Below the pieces are notes generated by a model. That model did no database searches, had not been told where the DNA came from, and saw only the letters and a list, made by a program, of their open reading frames with translations. A program made the translations under genes and the position numbers. Shown one piece after another: positions 18,554 through 28,063 of a stretch of DNA of 64,000 bases (the stretch's first letter is position 1; each line of letters starts with the position of its first letter). Origin of the DNA: Beijerinckiaceae bacterium (GTDB lineage: Bacteria; Pseudomonadota; Alphaproteobacteria; Rhizobiales; Beijerinckiaceae); the NCBI GenBank assembly GCA_051649305.1, contig JBOFGV010000073.1, positions 59,183-123,182 on the forward strand, given 5' to 3'.

Positions 18554-20489
18554 GCATAGGCTCCGGCTGTGACGAAGCAATGCTCCAGGATTGCAACATC
18601 AGGATGGACCACAGAACCGGAGCATGATCTTCGGTTCCGGACTGATGCGCTTTCCAGAGCGCGTGAACAGATGCGCTGTTCACGCCACGATCTTCCAGCG
18701 CCCTCGGTGAAAGAAGCGCCTCGGCCCAGTCCCGCAAATCCGTGCGTAGCCAGCGTGCGAGGGGCACGGCAAAGCCGGTTTTCGGCCGCTCAAACAATGC
18801 AGGGGGTACATGACGCGCAAGGATAGCGCGCAACAGCCGCTTGCCATTGCCGCCATCACGACGATACTGCACCGGCAGGCGCATGGCCCATTCCCAAATG
18901 CGATGATCAAGCAGTGGCACGCGCACCTCGAGCCCAACAGACATGCTGGCGCGATCCACCTTCACCAGAATATCATCGGGCAGATAAGACATCACATCCA
19001 TCATCTGCATGCGACTGAGTGGATTGTCCAGACCAGCCGTTGACGCGGCGCTGAATCCAATCGGTTTATGCTCGTTGGCGAGATGCAGCAGACCGGCAGG
19101 ATCAACCGTGAGGGATGTCATCTGCCGGTATCCATCCGAAAAGTTGTTCGCAGCACCCATGCGAAGCACACGCTTGATCTTGTGTCCGGCGTGTGAGTTT
19201 CCATGCCCGATCAACCCGGCGGCCTTGTCCAGAAGCGCTGTTGGAAGGGCATTGACCGAGGATGACAGGCTCTGACGGAGGCGTTGCGGAACTGCGGCCT
19301 GATAGCGCGCCAGTTTGAGGCCCCAGCCGTGGCGCGCGTAGCCAGCGAATGTCTCGTCACCGCCATCACCCGACAGCGCAACAGTCACATGTTTCCTGAC
19401 CATTCGGGACAGAAGCAAGGTTGGCAATTGCGAGGAATCAGCAAAGGGCTCGTCGTAAATTCCACCTATTTCATCAACAAGCGCCAGCGCCTCGCGGCCC
19501 GATGTCTGCAAGGTGTGGTGATTGGTTCCAAGATGCTTGGCCACCGCCTGTGCGTGGGGCGCTTCATCCCATTCAGGCTCTTCAAAACCAATGGTGAATG
19601 TATCAACCTTGCGGGCAGACTGTTTCTGCATGAGCGCAGCAACAAGGGATGAATCAATGCCGCCTGACAGAAAGGCACCCAGAGGCACATCCGCCACCAT
19701 TTGCCGCTGAACGGCATCGCTGATCAGCGTTTCGCCTTGATCAACGGCCTCTTCGAATGACAGCCTGTCCGAAGCAGTCTGACCCGCCCGCGCAGCTTCA
19801 AGCGGCGACCACCAGCTGCGCACTTCAGGCTCTTCACCAGCGCGCCAACGCAGCACTGTCCCCGGCATCAACTTGTGGACACCCTGGTATATTGTCCATG
19901 GTGCAGGCACATTGCCGTTTCGCAGAAGTGCGGCAACAGATGCACTGTCCACCTGCTTTGGGCATGCCTTATCCACGGCAAGGGCTTTTAGCTCTGATCC
20001 GAAGAAGAAGCCTTCTCCGGTTTGAAACCAGAGCAATGGCTTTATGCCAAAAGCATCACGCACCAGCGTCAGTTGACGCTCATCGCGATCCCAGACCGCA
20101 AAGGCAAACATGCCGTTGAGGCGCGGCAGAAGGGCGTCTGCACCCCACTGCGCCCAGCCCTCCAGCAGCACTTCGGTATCGGAGGTGCCGCGAAACTGTA
20201 CGCCTTTTTGCTCCAGCTCAGCGCGCAATTCCTGAAAATTGTAGATCTCGCCATTATAGGTGATGACGAAGCGGCCTGATGCAGAGATCATGGGCTGCGC
20301 GCCGGTTTCCGACAGATCGACAATGGCCAGACGTCTCTGGGCCAATGCAACGCCCGCAGCCTCATCCACCCAGATGCCGTCACCATCAGGTCCGCGATGC
20401 GCAATGGCCGTGTTCATTGCAAGAGCACGGCGTGTGAGCGCCTGCCGGTTGCCGCCATTTGTGAGCGCAAAGCCCGCTATGCCACACAT
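18543..20489 (-). CDS. asparagine synthase (glutamine-hydrolysing)-like amidotransferase
   Basis: MCGIAGF N-terminal nucleophile Cys and SGGIDSS PP-loop; 648 aa. Confidence 0.9.
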   Translation of the reverse strand: MCGIAGFALTNGGNRQALTRRALAMNTAIAHRGPDGDGIWVDEAAGVALAQRRLAIVDLSETGAQPMISASGRFVITYNGEIYNFQELRAELEQKGVQFRGTSDTEVLLEGWAQWGADALLPRLNGMFAFAVWDRDERQLTLVRDAFGIKPLLWFQTGEGFFFGSELKALAVDKACPKQVDSASVAALLRNGNVPAPWTIYQGVHKLMPGTVLRWRAGEEPEVRSWWSPLEAARAGQTASDRLSFEEAVDQGETLISDAVQRQMVADVPLGAFLSGGIDSSLVAALMQKQSARKVDTFTIGFEEPEWDEAPHAQAVAKHLGTNHHTLQTSGREALALVDEIGGIYDEPFADSSQLPTLLLSRMVRKHVTVALSGDGGDETFAGYARHGWGLKLARYQAAVPQRLRQSLSSSVNALPTALLDKAAGLIGHGNSHAGHKIKRVLRMGAANNFSDGYRQMTSLTVDPAGLLHLANEHKPIGFSAASTAGLDNPLSRMQMMDVMSYLPDDILVKVDRASMSVGLEVRVPLLDHRIWEWAMRLPVQYRRDGGNGKRLLRAILARHVPPALFERPKTGFAVPLARWLRTDLRDWAEALLSPRALEDRGVNSASVHALWKAHQSGTEDHAPVLWSILMLQSWSIASSQPEPMHGG

Positions 20490-20517
20490 GGCGCGATCAC
20501 ATCCCTGTCAGGTGGGT

Positions 20518-21501
20518 TCAGTTGATGCCATGATAATGTTTGAACCAGGCAATAAAGCGCGGCAGACCCTCGCTGATCGGCGTGCGGGGCACGAAACCCA
20601 GTTCGCGTGTGCTGATGCTGATGTCGGCTGATGTCTCGGGCACATCACCCACCTGCATCGGTTCATAGATTTTCTCGGCTGTCCGGCCCAGTTCCTGCTC
20701 GATCACGCCAATGAAATCCAGCAGCTTTTCAGGCTTGTTGTTGCCCAGATTATAGACCTTGTGGAGTGAACCCCCTTCCTGTCGGACAGGAGGATGATCA
20801 AGGGCTGCCACAACGCCAGCAGCAATATCATCCACATAGGTGAAATCGCGCTTCATGTTGCCGTGGTTGAACACCCTGATGGGGTTACCCTTGACGATGG
20901 CGTCAGCAAAAAGATAAGCCGCCATATCCGGCCTGCCCCAGGGGCCATAAACCGTGAAAAAGCGCAGGCCCGTGGCTGGAATGCCGAAGCTCCAGGAATA
21001 GGCTTCTGCCAGATGCTCTCCCGCCAGTTTGGTGGCGGCATAGATTGACGCTGGCAGGCGGACCGTGTGGTCTGTTGAAAACGGCTGCACGGTGTTGCGT
21101 CCATAAACCGATGACGAGGATGCATAGACCAGATTGCGGCACAGCTTCATGCGCTTGGCCAGTTCAAACATCACCACCTGCCCCATGACATTGGAATCGA
21201 CATAGGTGTAGGGATCAATCAACGAATGACGCACGCCAGCCTGTGCCGCGAGATGAATGATCGCCTCGGCATCAGGGTGTGCATCCAGCAGGGCAAACAT
21301 GGCATCGCGGTCTGCAATGTTGGCTTCCAGAAATGTGAAGTTCTTCTCAGGCAGCAACGAAGCAAGACGGTCGCGCTTGAGCTTTGGATCATAGTAGGTG
21401 TTCATGCTGTCGATGCCGACAACCTGATCGCCGCGGGCCAGAAGCACCTTTGATACGTGCGAGCCGATAAATCCGGCTGCTCCTGTTACGATAACCTTCA
21501 C
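20518..21501 (-). CDS. NAD-dependent epimerase, UDP-glucuronate 4-epimerase-like
   Basis: (V)KVIVTGAAGFIGSH Rossmann motif and YAATK catalytic motif. GTG at 21501 has AAGGAAAC 7 nt upstream; the ATG at 21555 would add an atypical 18-aa extension. Confidence 0.8.
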   Translation of the reverse strand: MKVIVTGAAGFIGSHVSKVLLARGDQVVGIDSMNTYYDPKLKRDRLASLLPEKNFTFLEANIADRDAMFALLDAHPDAEAIIHLAAQAGVRHSLIDPYTYVDSNVMGQVVMFELAKRMKLCRNLVYASSSSVYGRNTVQPFSTDHTVRLPASIYAATKLAGEHLAEAYSWSFGIPATGLRFFTVYGPWGRPDMAAYLFADAIVKGNPIRVFNHGNMKRDFTYVDDIAAGVVAALDHPPVRQEGGSLHKVYNLGNNKPEKLLDFIGVIEQELGRTAEKIYEPMQVGDVPETSADISISTRELGFVPRTPISEGLPRFIAWFKHYHGIN

Positions 21502-21577
21502 GCAGGTTTCCTTTGGCTTTTGCAGGCTTCTTCTAATGTGGCTGTTGCCTAGCATTGCATACGAAGTGCGGCAACTC

Positions 21578-22195
21578 TCAGTTTACTGGCAGCTGCAGAG
21601 ACATCGGTTTGTAACCTTGGATGAGGCAGGAAAGGATGGCTGGCGGGGTCAACACGTTGACGATGTCCTTGCGGTCAAAACGCTCCGGTGTTGTGTACCC
21701 TGTGAAAGTCCAGCGAAAGCGAGTCTCCCCTATGACGAGCCATGGTGACCCCTGATGCACAATCATGGTACCTGAAGGCAAAGTGTCTGCAGGCAAGGTA
21801 TGCAGGCGCTTTTTCCGATCTTCAAGACGCTCTGCGTGCAACTGTACGTCCATAACAGGCGCACGTGGAGATGGCTGGTTGCAAGCCCGCCCCCACGCAG
21901 CGGCAAAGGCATTGGCATCGTCCCGGCGGCATTCAAAACAGGGGCGATGCCCGGCAGCGAGTGCTGCATATTCATCCGAAAAGAACAGCTCCGTGTAGCC
22001 CTTGCCCCAGACGGTCCTGCGGCGATTCTTGAAGGCGAGACGACAGCATATCCATTGTTTTGAAGCGTAGGAGCGCCCCCGCACAGTGTGGCTCTCAACA
22101 CAGTGGAATCGCCCGCCCCTGTTGCCAAAGAGCGTACCGCGATCAGGTGTCGCAAAAAGACTGCCGAAAGGATCAACCCGGTTGGGAAGGGACAC
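21578..22195 (-). CDS. conserved hypothetical Cys-rich protein (GHRPCFECRR motif)
   Basis: 205 aa. GTG start sits 3 nt after the stop of the upstream gene. No family name recognised. Confidence 0.6.
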   Translation of the reverse strand: MSLPNRVDPFGSLFATPDRGTLFGNRGGRFHCVESHTVRGRSYASKQWICCRLAFKNRRRTVWGKGYTELFFSDEYAALAAGHRPCFECRRDDANAFAAAWGRACNQPSPRAPVMDVQLHAERLEDRKKRLHTLPADTLPSGTMIVHQGSPWLVIGETRFRWTFTGYTTPERFDRKDIVNVLTPPAILSCLIQGYKPMSLQLPVN

Positions 22196-22198
22196 GGT

Positions 22199-24289
22199 TT
22201 AGCCGCGCGCAGTACGACCGCGCCCCTCGCGCAGCCATGTCAGTACGACACTGCCGAGCAGGAGCAGAAGCCCCAGGAAACCCAGCGCCATGGGCAAGAG
22301 CGAAGCACCCTTGACGCGGTAGGCCTCAGCCGGGCTGAGGCCTATGAAATCCGAGCCTGCAAAGCGGGTTGAGCCGCGCACATCGACAATGCGTGGAACG
22401 ACAAAACTGCCCCGCTCTTCCAGACGCCGCACGCTGCCGCCGGTTTGTTCGAGCAGAGGACGCAAAGGCTCCTCGGTGCTTGTCACCTCGCGAAACTCAC
22501 GCGGATTGGCAGGGCCCACATTGGCAAAGGCAACACGGTCTCCGTCCACCACACGGTGCAGACCAGAGCGGCGGGCTGTCATGGTGGTGCGCCACAGGCC
22601 GGGCTGCGCCTGCGAAAGCGAGAGTTTCATTTCCTCGCCGTCAGGACCAATCAGGCGCACATCGCTGACGGTTTCAGCCAATGTCTGGCGCTCGATGGTA
22701 AGGACACGACCACGTGCACTCGCCCGCAGCGCTTCCTCATCCAGCTCAGGTTCTTTCATCAGCCAGTGGGCGGTGCGGCGCAGGAGATCGATATACGGGC
22801 CGCCCTCGCCAAAGCCCCGCGCCCAGAGCCATGCATGGTCTGACATCAACTGCGCCACGCGGCCTTTCTGCACCCGGTTGAGCACCAGCAAGGGCATAGA
22901 ATCAGCGCCCGACATGATGGTGGCTCCGCTGGTTGCCTGCGAGTTGATGGTGCGGAACCATGGCGACCATTGCGGCTGCTGGGCATCCCAGCCCGGAAGC
23001 GCGCGTGTCACGGGGTGGCGTTCTCCCAATGCCGAAATACGCGGCAGGTAAGGCCGTTCAATCTGTCCGCCGGTTGGCCTTGCAGGCAAAATCTGCATCA
23101 GAGGCGTGGTAGCCAGACTGTCAGGCCCGGCAAACTCGCTGCCCGATGCCAGTAGCACAGCTCCGCCTTCACGCACATAGCGCGCTATGTTTTCAAAATA
23201 GGTCGATGGCAGAATGCGCTGGTTGGCATAGCGATCAAAAATGATCAGGTCGAACTCCGCGATTTTCTGGATGAACAACTCGCGGGTTGGAAAGGCGATC
23301 AGCGCCAGTTCGGTGATCGGCGTGCCGTCCTGTTTTTCAGGCGGGCGCAAAATGGTGAAATGCACCAGCTCCACGTTGCCATCGGACTTCAGAAGGTTGC
23401 GCCATGTGCGCTCACCGGCATGGGGTTCGCCTGAAACGAGCAACACCTTCAGTTTGTCGCGCACACCTTCGATAGGCAGCACCGCGATGTTGTTGAGCGT
23501 TGTCATCTCATCGGGAACAGATTCAACCTCGACCTCGACAAGATTGGCACCGGCATTCTCGATACGGACTGGCAGACGCACGATCTGGCCCGGAGCCACG
23601 GCACGGCGCGCGATCACCTGTCCACCACGGCGAACAACCAGTGACGCAGGCGGGCCAGCCGTGATACCGGCATCCACCACGCGGAAGGCCAGTTGTACAT
23701 CCTTGCCGACAATACCGAAGCGCGGACTTTCCACGACCTCCAAACGGCGATCCCGCTCTGACGCACGTCCCGTGATCAGTGCATGCATGGGAACCTGAAA
23801 GCCCAGCGCCCGGGTGTTGGCAGGGATATCATGCACGCGCCCGTCGGTGATGGCGATGACGCCAGCCATGCGCTCGGGCGGCACATCGCCCAGGCGGGTC
23901 TGCAGTGTTTCAAAGAGCCGCGTTCCATCCTGATCGGTGCCTGATTCCTCAACCTCAATGATACGGACATCCGTGCCGGGTCGCGATGCCAATTGGCGCT
24001 GCACATCGGCCAAAGCACGGTCTGTTTGCTCCTTGCGGTCGGACAGGAGCTGGCTGCCGCTTCTGTCGACAACAACAGCCACCACATCGTTCAGTTTGTC
24101 GCGGTCCAGCGTCACGAGTGCGGGATTGGCGAGCGCCAGCAGCAGAAGCGCAAAGGCGAGCAAGCGCAACCAGCTGCCACGCCGACGTGCCATCAGTGCA
24201 AAGACGACGAGCAGTGCAGCGATAACCGCCAGCGCGATAATCACAGGCCAGGGCACAAAGGGAGAGAACGACAGATTGAACTTGTCCAT
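22199..24289 (-). CDS. membrane protein with vWA-like (DRSGS MIDAS) domain and GATase-like region
   Basis: Two N-terminal TM helices, VAVVVDRSGSQ MIDAS-type motif and a C-terminal TM helix. Fourth gene of the MoxR block. Confidence 0.7.
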   Translation of the reverse strand: MDKFNLSFSPFVPWPVIIALAVIAALLVVFALMARRRGSWLRLLAFALLLLALANPALVTLDRDKLNDVVAVVVDRSGSQLLSDRKEQTDRALADVQRQLASRPGTDVRIIEVEESGTDQDGTRLFETLQTRLGDVPPERMAGVIAITDGRVHDIPANTRALGFQVPMHALITGRASERDRRLEVVESPRFGIVGKDVQLAFRVVDAGITAGPPASLVVRRGGQVIARRAVAPGQIVRLPVRIENAGANLVEVEVESVPDEMTTLNNIAVLPIEGVRDKLKVLLVSGEPHAGERTWRNLLKSDGNVELVHFTILRPPEKQDGTPITELALIAFPTRELFIQKIAEFDLIIFDRYANQRILPSTYFENIARYVREGGAVLLASGSEFAGPDSLATTPLMQILPARPTGGQIERPYLPRISALGERHPVTRALPGWDAQQPQWSPWFRTINSQATSGATIMSGADSMPLLVLNRVQKGRVAQLMSDHAWLWARGFGEGGPYIDLLRRTAHWLMKEPELDEEALRASARGRVLTIERQTLAETVSDVRLIGPDGEEMKLSLSQAQPGLWRTTMTARRSGLHRVVDGDRVAFANVGPANPREFREVTSTEEPLRPLLEQTGGSVRRLEERGSFVVPRIVDVRGSTRFAGSDFIGLSPAEAYRVKGASLLPMALGFLGLLLLLGSVVLTWLREGRGRTARG

Positions 24290-24291
24290 CG

Positions 24292-27141
24292 CTATTGCCC
24301 CAGCCGTTCAAGCAGCGCAGGCACATGCACCTGATCCGCCTTGTAGTTGCCGGTCATGGCATACATCACGATGTTGATGCCGCCGCGCAGCGCCATCTCG
24401 CGCTGGCGGGCGTCACCGGGCACCAGCGGGAAGCGTGGCTGGCCGCTGCGGTCCACCGCCCATGCGGCGGCCAGATCATTGCCAGTGATGATGATGGGAG
24501 ACACGCGGTCTCCCGCTTGCGCGGGGCGTGTGCGGTCCTGATCCTGATTGCGTTGCAGCACCTCGATCCAGACACGGCCACTGGCATAGCGCCCAACAAA
24601 GTTCTCGAGAATATAGAAGGTTTTGGTGATCACATGATCCCGCGGCAAGGGCTCAAGGTCCGGCACATCAATGGACGCAAGGATGCGGCGCATCAGCTGC
24701 GTTTCAGGCGTCACAGTGTTGCCCCCGGCATTGTTGAGCGCATCGCGCGTATCAAAAATCACCGTGCCGCCGTTCTTCATATAGGTGTCGATGCGGCGGA
24801 TGGCGGCTTCGGAAGGTGGTGCGCGACCGGCGACCATCGGCCAGTAAAGAAGCGGATAAAACGCCATCTCGTCGCGCGATGGATCAATGCCAATGGGTTC
24901 ACCGGGATCAAAGGCCGTGCGCGTGGACAAGGCACGCGACAGGCCCTGCAGGCCCTGACGGCTGACCTCATCCACCGCGCGATCCCCCGTGATCACATAG
25001 GCGAGACGGGCGGAAAGCGCTGATTCAATATCATCCGCCCGGAACGAGGGGATTTTGTCGGCAGGCGCGGCAGCCGCAGGTGGCGTTGCCGTCTGCGCTG
25101 ATGCCTCAGGTGTGAAGCCGCCGATCATAACAACAGCCAGAAGAGCGGCCGTTGCGGCGGCTTTCGCTCTGCTGCCAAAGCGCGAGAATGCGCCGGACAT
25201 CAGCAGCGACACAAATGCATCCACAATGAACAGGATGACGATCATCACCAGCAGCGAGGGCCGCAGATCAAACGGCGGGCGGGTTTGCAAAGGCCGGGTT
25301 GCCACGCCCTGAAGCTGCAGCGGCGCAAGCACTGTTTCCGCCGTGGTGGCGTTCACGGATACGGGCGCATCCACATTGCCATAAAGGCCGGGGGGATGGC
25401 GCTGCGTTGCCGCACCCACAAAATTGCGCGGCAGGGATTCCGCCTCGGGCGTTGGCTTCTGGAACACCCCAAAGCCATCCAGAATGGTGACAGGAGCCAG
25501 CAAGGTATCCTCGCGTTTTTGTCCGTCTTTTGCAGCATCTGTTTGCTCGCCGCCCACATTTGCCAGATTGGAAAGGCGGAACAATGTTTCAACAAAGCTG
25601 CCGGAAAGCGGCATCGAGGACCATGCCGTATCCGCTGTTACATGAACAAGAGCAACGACGCCCTTGCCGCGCCGCTCGCCGGTGATGAGGGGTGTGCCGT
25701 CTTCAAGCGCTGCCCAGGTCTTTTCAGCAAGACCGGCATCAGGCTCGGCCAGCACCTGCTGTGTCACAGTCACATCGGCTGGCACGCGCATGCCGCTGAA
25801 AGGACCGTTCTCGGCAAAGCTCGCCAGTTTCTTGGGCGTATCCCACGAGAGAGCCCCACCCATGACACGCTCGCTTCGGCGCAGGCGCACCGGCAGCAGC
25901 GTATCGGTTGGGGCTGCAACCCGGCGGCTGGCAAAGCGGATAAGCACGCCGCCATTATCGACAAAGGCGCGCACACGGTCGAGTGTTGGTCCGGTCAGAT
26001 TGCCGATATCAGTCATGACAAGCACCGCAGCGCCATCATCCAGAAGGCGCGCCACGGGATTGGCCGTACCACGGGGAACCTCGCGCACATCGGCCAGAGG
26101 CCCAAGGGCGCGCAAGATGAAATAAGAGGGTGCCAGCAGCGGTTGCGCATTGTCCGGGCTTTCGCCAGTCACGATGCCCACACGGCGGCGCTTGTTGCGG
26201 CCATCAAGCAGCGACACAGCGCCAGCGGAAGCAACTTGCGGCATATCGATGCGCGCGATTTCATTGCGCATCTCGAGGGGAACTTCAAAGCGGGCGGTGG
26301 TGGTTTTTGCGGCTGATTCAAACTGGAAGCGGCTTTCCGCCAAAGGACGGCCACGGCTATCAAGGGCGCGCAACACGCCGTTGGAAACCGGGTTGGAGCC
26401 GTCAGCCGTCGCCGCGCGCAGGACCTGAATGGTCATCGCATCAGGCAGATTGCGGGGTGCTGCCAAGGCCACAGCATTGGGAGAATCGGCCACAAAAACC
26501 GCGATCCTGTCAGCGCGGCCACTCGCCAGACGCGGCAGGATATCGGCATCATCCAGCACGGAAATGCCGTCGCTCACCCATGCAACGGAGCCCTCGGCAT
26601 TGCGCTCCAGAAAGCTCGTGACAGCCGCTTCATGCCGCTTGCGGTCAATGGAATGCGGATGCGGCCTCAGGCTGCGCAACTGATCAATGGCCCGCACCGA
26701 TGTGGTCGGGATAATCTCGGATGGTTCCTCTGCCGTGGTTCTGAGCGCAACGGGACGCCCAGCGGCTCCCGCTGTTTCCATGAGGGATTGCGCCCGCTCG
26801 CTCATCAGTTTCCACTGCGGCGCAGCCGACCAGCTGTTGTCGATCATCACCAGCAGAGGACCGCGCCCTGTGCGGCTTTCAGGGTCCGGATTCCACAACG
26901 GCCCAGCCATGGCGAGGATGACGAGCGCTGCCAGAAGCAGGCGCAGCAGAAGCAGCCACCATGGCGTGTGCGCCGGTGTTTCTTCCTTGCGCTCCATATC
27001 ACGCACGATGGCTAGCGTCGGCAAAACCGCGCGCGCAGGCGGTGGCGGCGTCATCTTCAGGAGCCAGTAGAGTACTGGTAGTGCTGCCAGCGCGGTCAGC
27101 ACCAGAGGAATGGTGAACGCAAGTGGAAAGGCCGGGATCAT
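24292..27141 (-). CDS. BatA-type N-terminal double-TM / vWA-like / DUF4159-like protein
   Basis: 949 aa. The N-terminus resembles the aerotolerance double-TM domain; LVMIDNSWS MIDAS-type motif; C-terminus resembles DUF4159. ATGA overlap with the DUF58 gene. Confidence 0.7.
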   Translation of the reverse strand: MIPAFPLAFTIPLVLTALAALPVLYWLLKMTPPPPARAVLPTLAIVRDMERKEETPAHTPWWLLLLRLLLAALVILAMAGPLWNPDPESRTGRGPLLVMIDNSWSAAPQWKLMSERAQSLMETAGAAGRPVALRTTAEEPSEIIPTTSVRAIDQLRSLRPHPHSIDRKRHEAAVTSFLERNAEGSVAWVSDGISVLDDADILPRLASGRADRIAVFVADSPNAVALAAPRNLPDAMTIQVLRAATADGSNPVSNGVLRALDSRGRPLAESRFQFESAAKTTTARFEVPLEMRNEIARIDMPQVASAGAVSLLDGRNKRRRVGIVTGESPDNAQPLLAPSYFILRALGPLADVREVPRGTANPVARLLDDGAAVLVMTDIGNLTGPTLDRVRAFVDNGGVLIRFASRRVAAPTDTLLPVRLRRSERVMGGALSWDTPKKLASFAENGPFSGMRVPADVTVTQQVLAEPDAGLAEKTWAALEDGTPLITGERRGKGVVALVHVTADTAWSSMPLSGSFVETLFRLSNLANVGGEQTDAAKDGQKREDTLLAPVTILDGFGVFQKPTPEAESLPRNFVGAATQRHPPGLYGNVDAPVSVNATTAETVLAPLQLQGVATRPLQTRPPFDLRPSLLVMIVILFIVDAFVSLLMSGAFSRFGSRAKAAATAALLAVVMIGGFTPEASAQTATPPAAAAPADKIPSFRADDIESALSARLAYVITGDRAVDEVSRQGLQGLSRALSTRTAFDPGEPIGIDPSRDEMAFYPLLYWPMVAGRAPPSEAAIRRIDTYMKNGGTVIFDTRDALNNAGGNTVTPETQLMRRILASIDVPDLEPLPRDHVITKTFYILENFVGRYASGRVWIEVLQRNQDQDRTRPAQAGDRVSPIIITGNDLAAAWAVDRSGQPRFPLVPGDARQREMALRGGINIVMYAMTGNYKADQVHVPALLERLGQ

Positions 27142-28055
27142 GCCGTTCCTCCCGCTGCTGTGCCTTGGGAGATGGCCATGCTCAGGTGCAGAAGACAGGC
27201 GCTTGCCGGCTTGTCGGTGGCGTGGCTTGTCACGCTCCAGCCGATGCTGGCGGCCAGTCGCCGCACGCCTTCGCGGTGCGCTTCCATGCGCGTCTGGTAG
27301 GAGGTCGCGAGCTCGCTGGCTTCACCCGCCCGCAAGCGAAAGCCATCTTCAGGATCAATGAATTCTGTCTGGCCGGAGAACGGAAAACTATCTTCAGCTG
27401 GATCGCTGATGACGACGAGATGCCCCCGCGCGCCGCGCCCGGCCAGTGCCTTGAGCTGCGCATCAAGGGTTACCAGCGGTGTGATGAAATCGCTGATCAC
27501 AACGGCCTCGCTGCGTGGCGGCAAACCTTCCTGCGGCAGTGCCTGCCCAAAATCGGGACGCATGACCATCGCCTCGGCCAGTCGCTCGATGATGCGGCGG
27601 GAGGCGATGGGCGGTGTTGCTCCCATCAGGCCCACACGTTCACCGCCCCGCACCAGCATGTCCGCCGCTGCAAGGCCAATGACAACGGCGCGGTCGCCCT
27701 TGGATTCCATCGCTAGCGACGAACGATAGTCCATGGAGAGCGAGCGATCGACGTAGAGCCAGACGGATTGTGCCGCTTCCCACTCGCGTTCGCGCACATA
27801 AAGCCTGTCATCACGGGCCGAGCGCCGCCAGTCTACCCGGTGGGCGGCTTCCCCGCTCATGAAGGGCCTGAACTGCCAGAAGGTTTCGCCCTGTCCGGCC
27901 CTGCGCCGTCCGTGCACGCCCGCCGTTACGCTGGCGGCCGCCCGGCGTGCATCAGCGGAAAGCCGCGCCATGGAAGCGGCCAGCCCCTGCGCAGACTGGC
28001 GCTGGCCTGATCCTCCCAGACGTTCCTTGCTTTCCGTGAGCCGGGTGCCGAACAC
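27138..28055 (-). CDS. DUF58 domain protein (vWA-like, MoxR partner)
   Basis: 305 aa with LYVDRSLSMDY MIDAS-type motif. Immediately downstream of the MoxR ATPase, as is typical. Confidence 0.8.
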   Translation of the reverse strand: MFGTRLTESKERLGGSGQRQSAQGLAASMARLSADARRAAASVTAGVHGRRRAGQGETFWQFRPFMSGEAAHRVDWRRSARDDRLYVREREWEAAQSVWLYVDRSLSMDYRSSLAMESKGDRAVVIGLAAADMLVRGGERVGLMGATPPIASRRIIERLAEAMVMRPDFGQALPQEGLPPRSEAVVISDFITPLVTLDAQLKALAGRGARGHLVVISDPAEDSFPFSGQTEFIDPEDGFRLRAGEASELATSYQTRMEAHREGVRRLAASIGWSVTSHATDKPASACLLHLSMAISQGTAAGGTA

Positions 28056-28063
28056 TGTGCGGA

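Noticed and set aside
25285-26316. 343-aa plus-strand ORF, with similar ones at 28148..29092, 22344..23051, 31302..32240, 38540..39688, 39952..40920, 10108..11064, 14488..15276 and 57354..58121
   Set aside because: All are antisense to confidently identified genes in high-GC DNA. None has a recognisable motif or a plausible start context.
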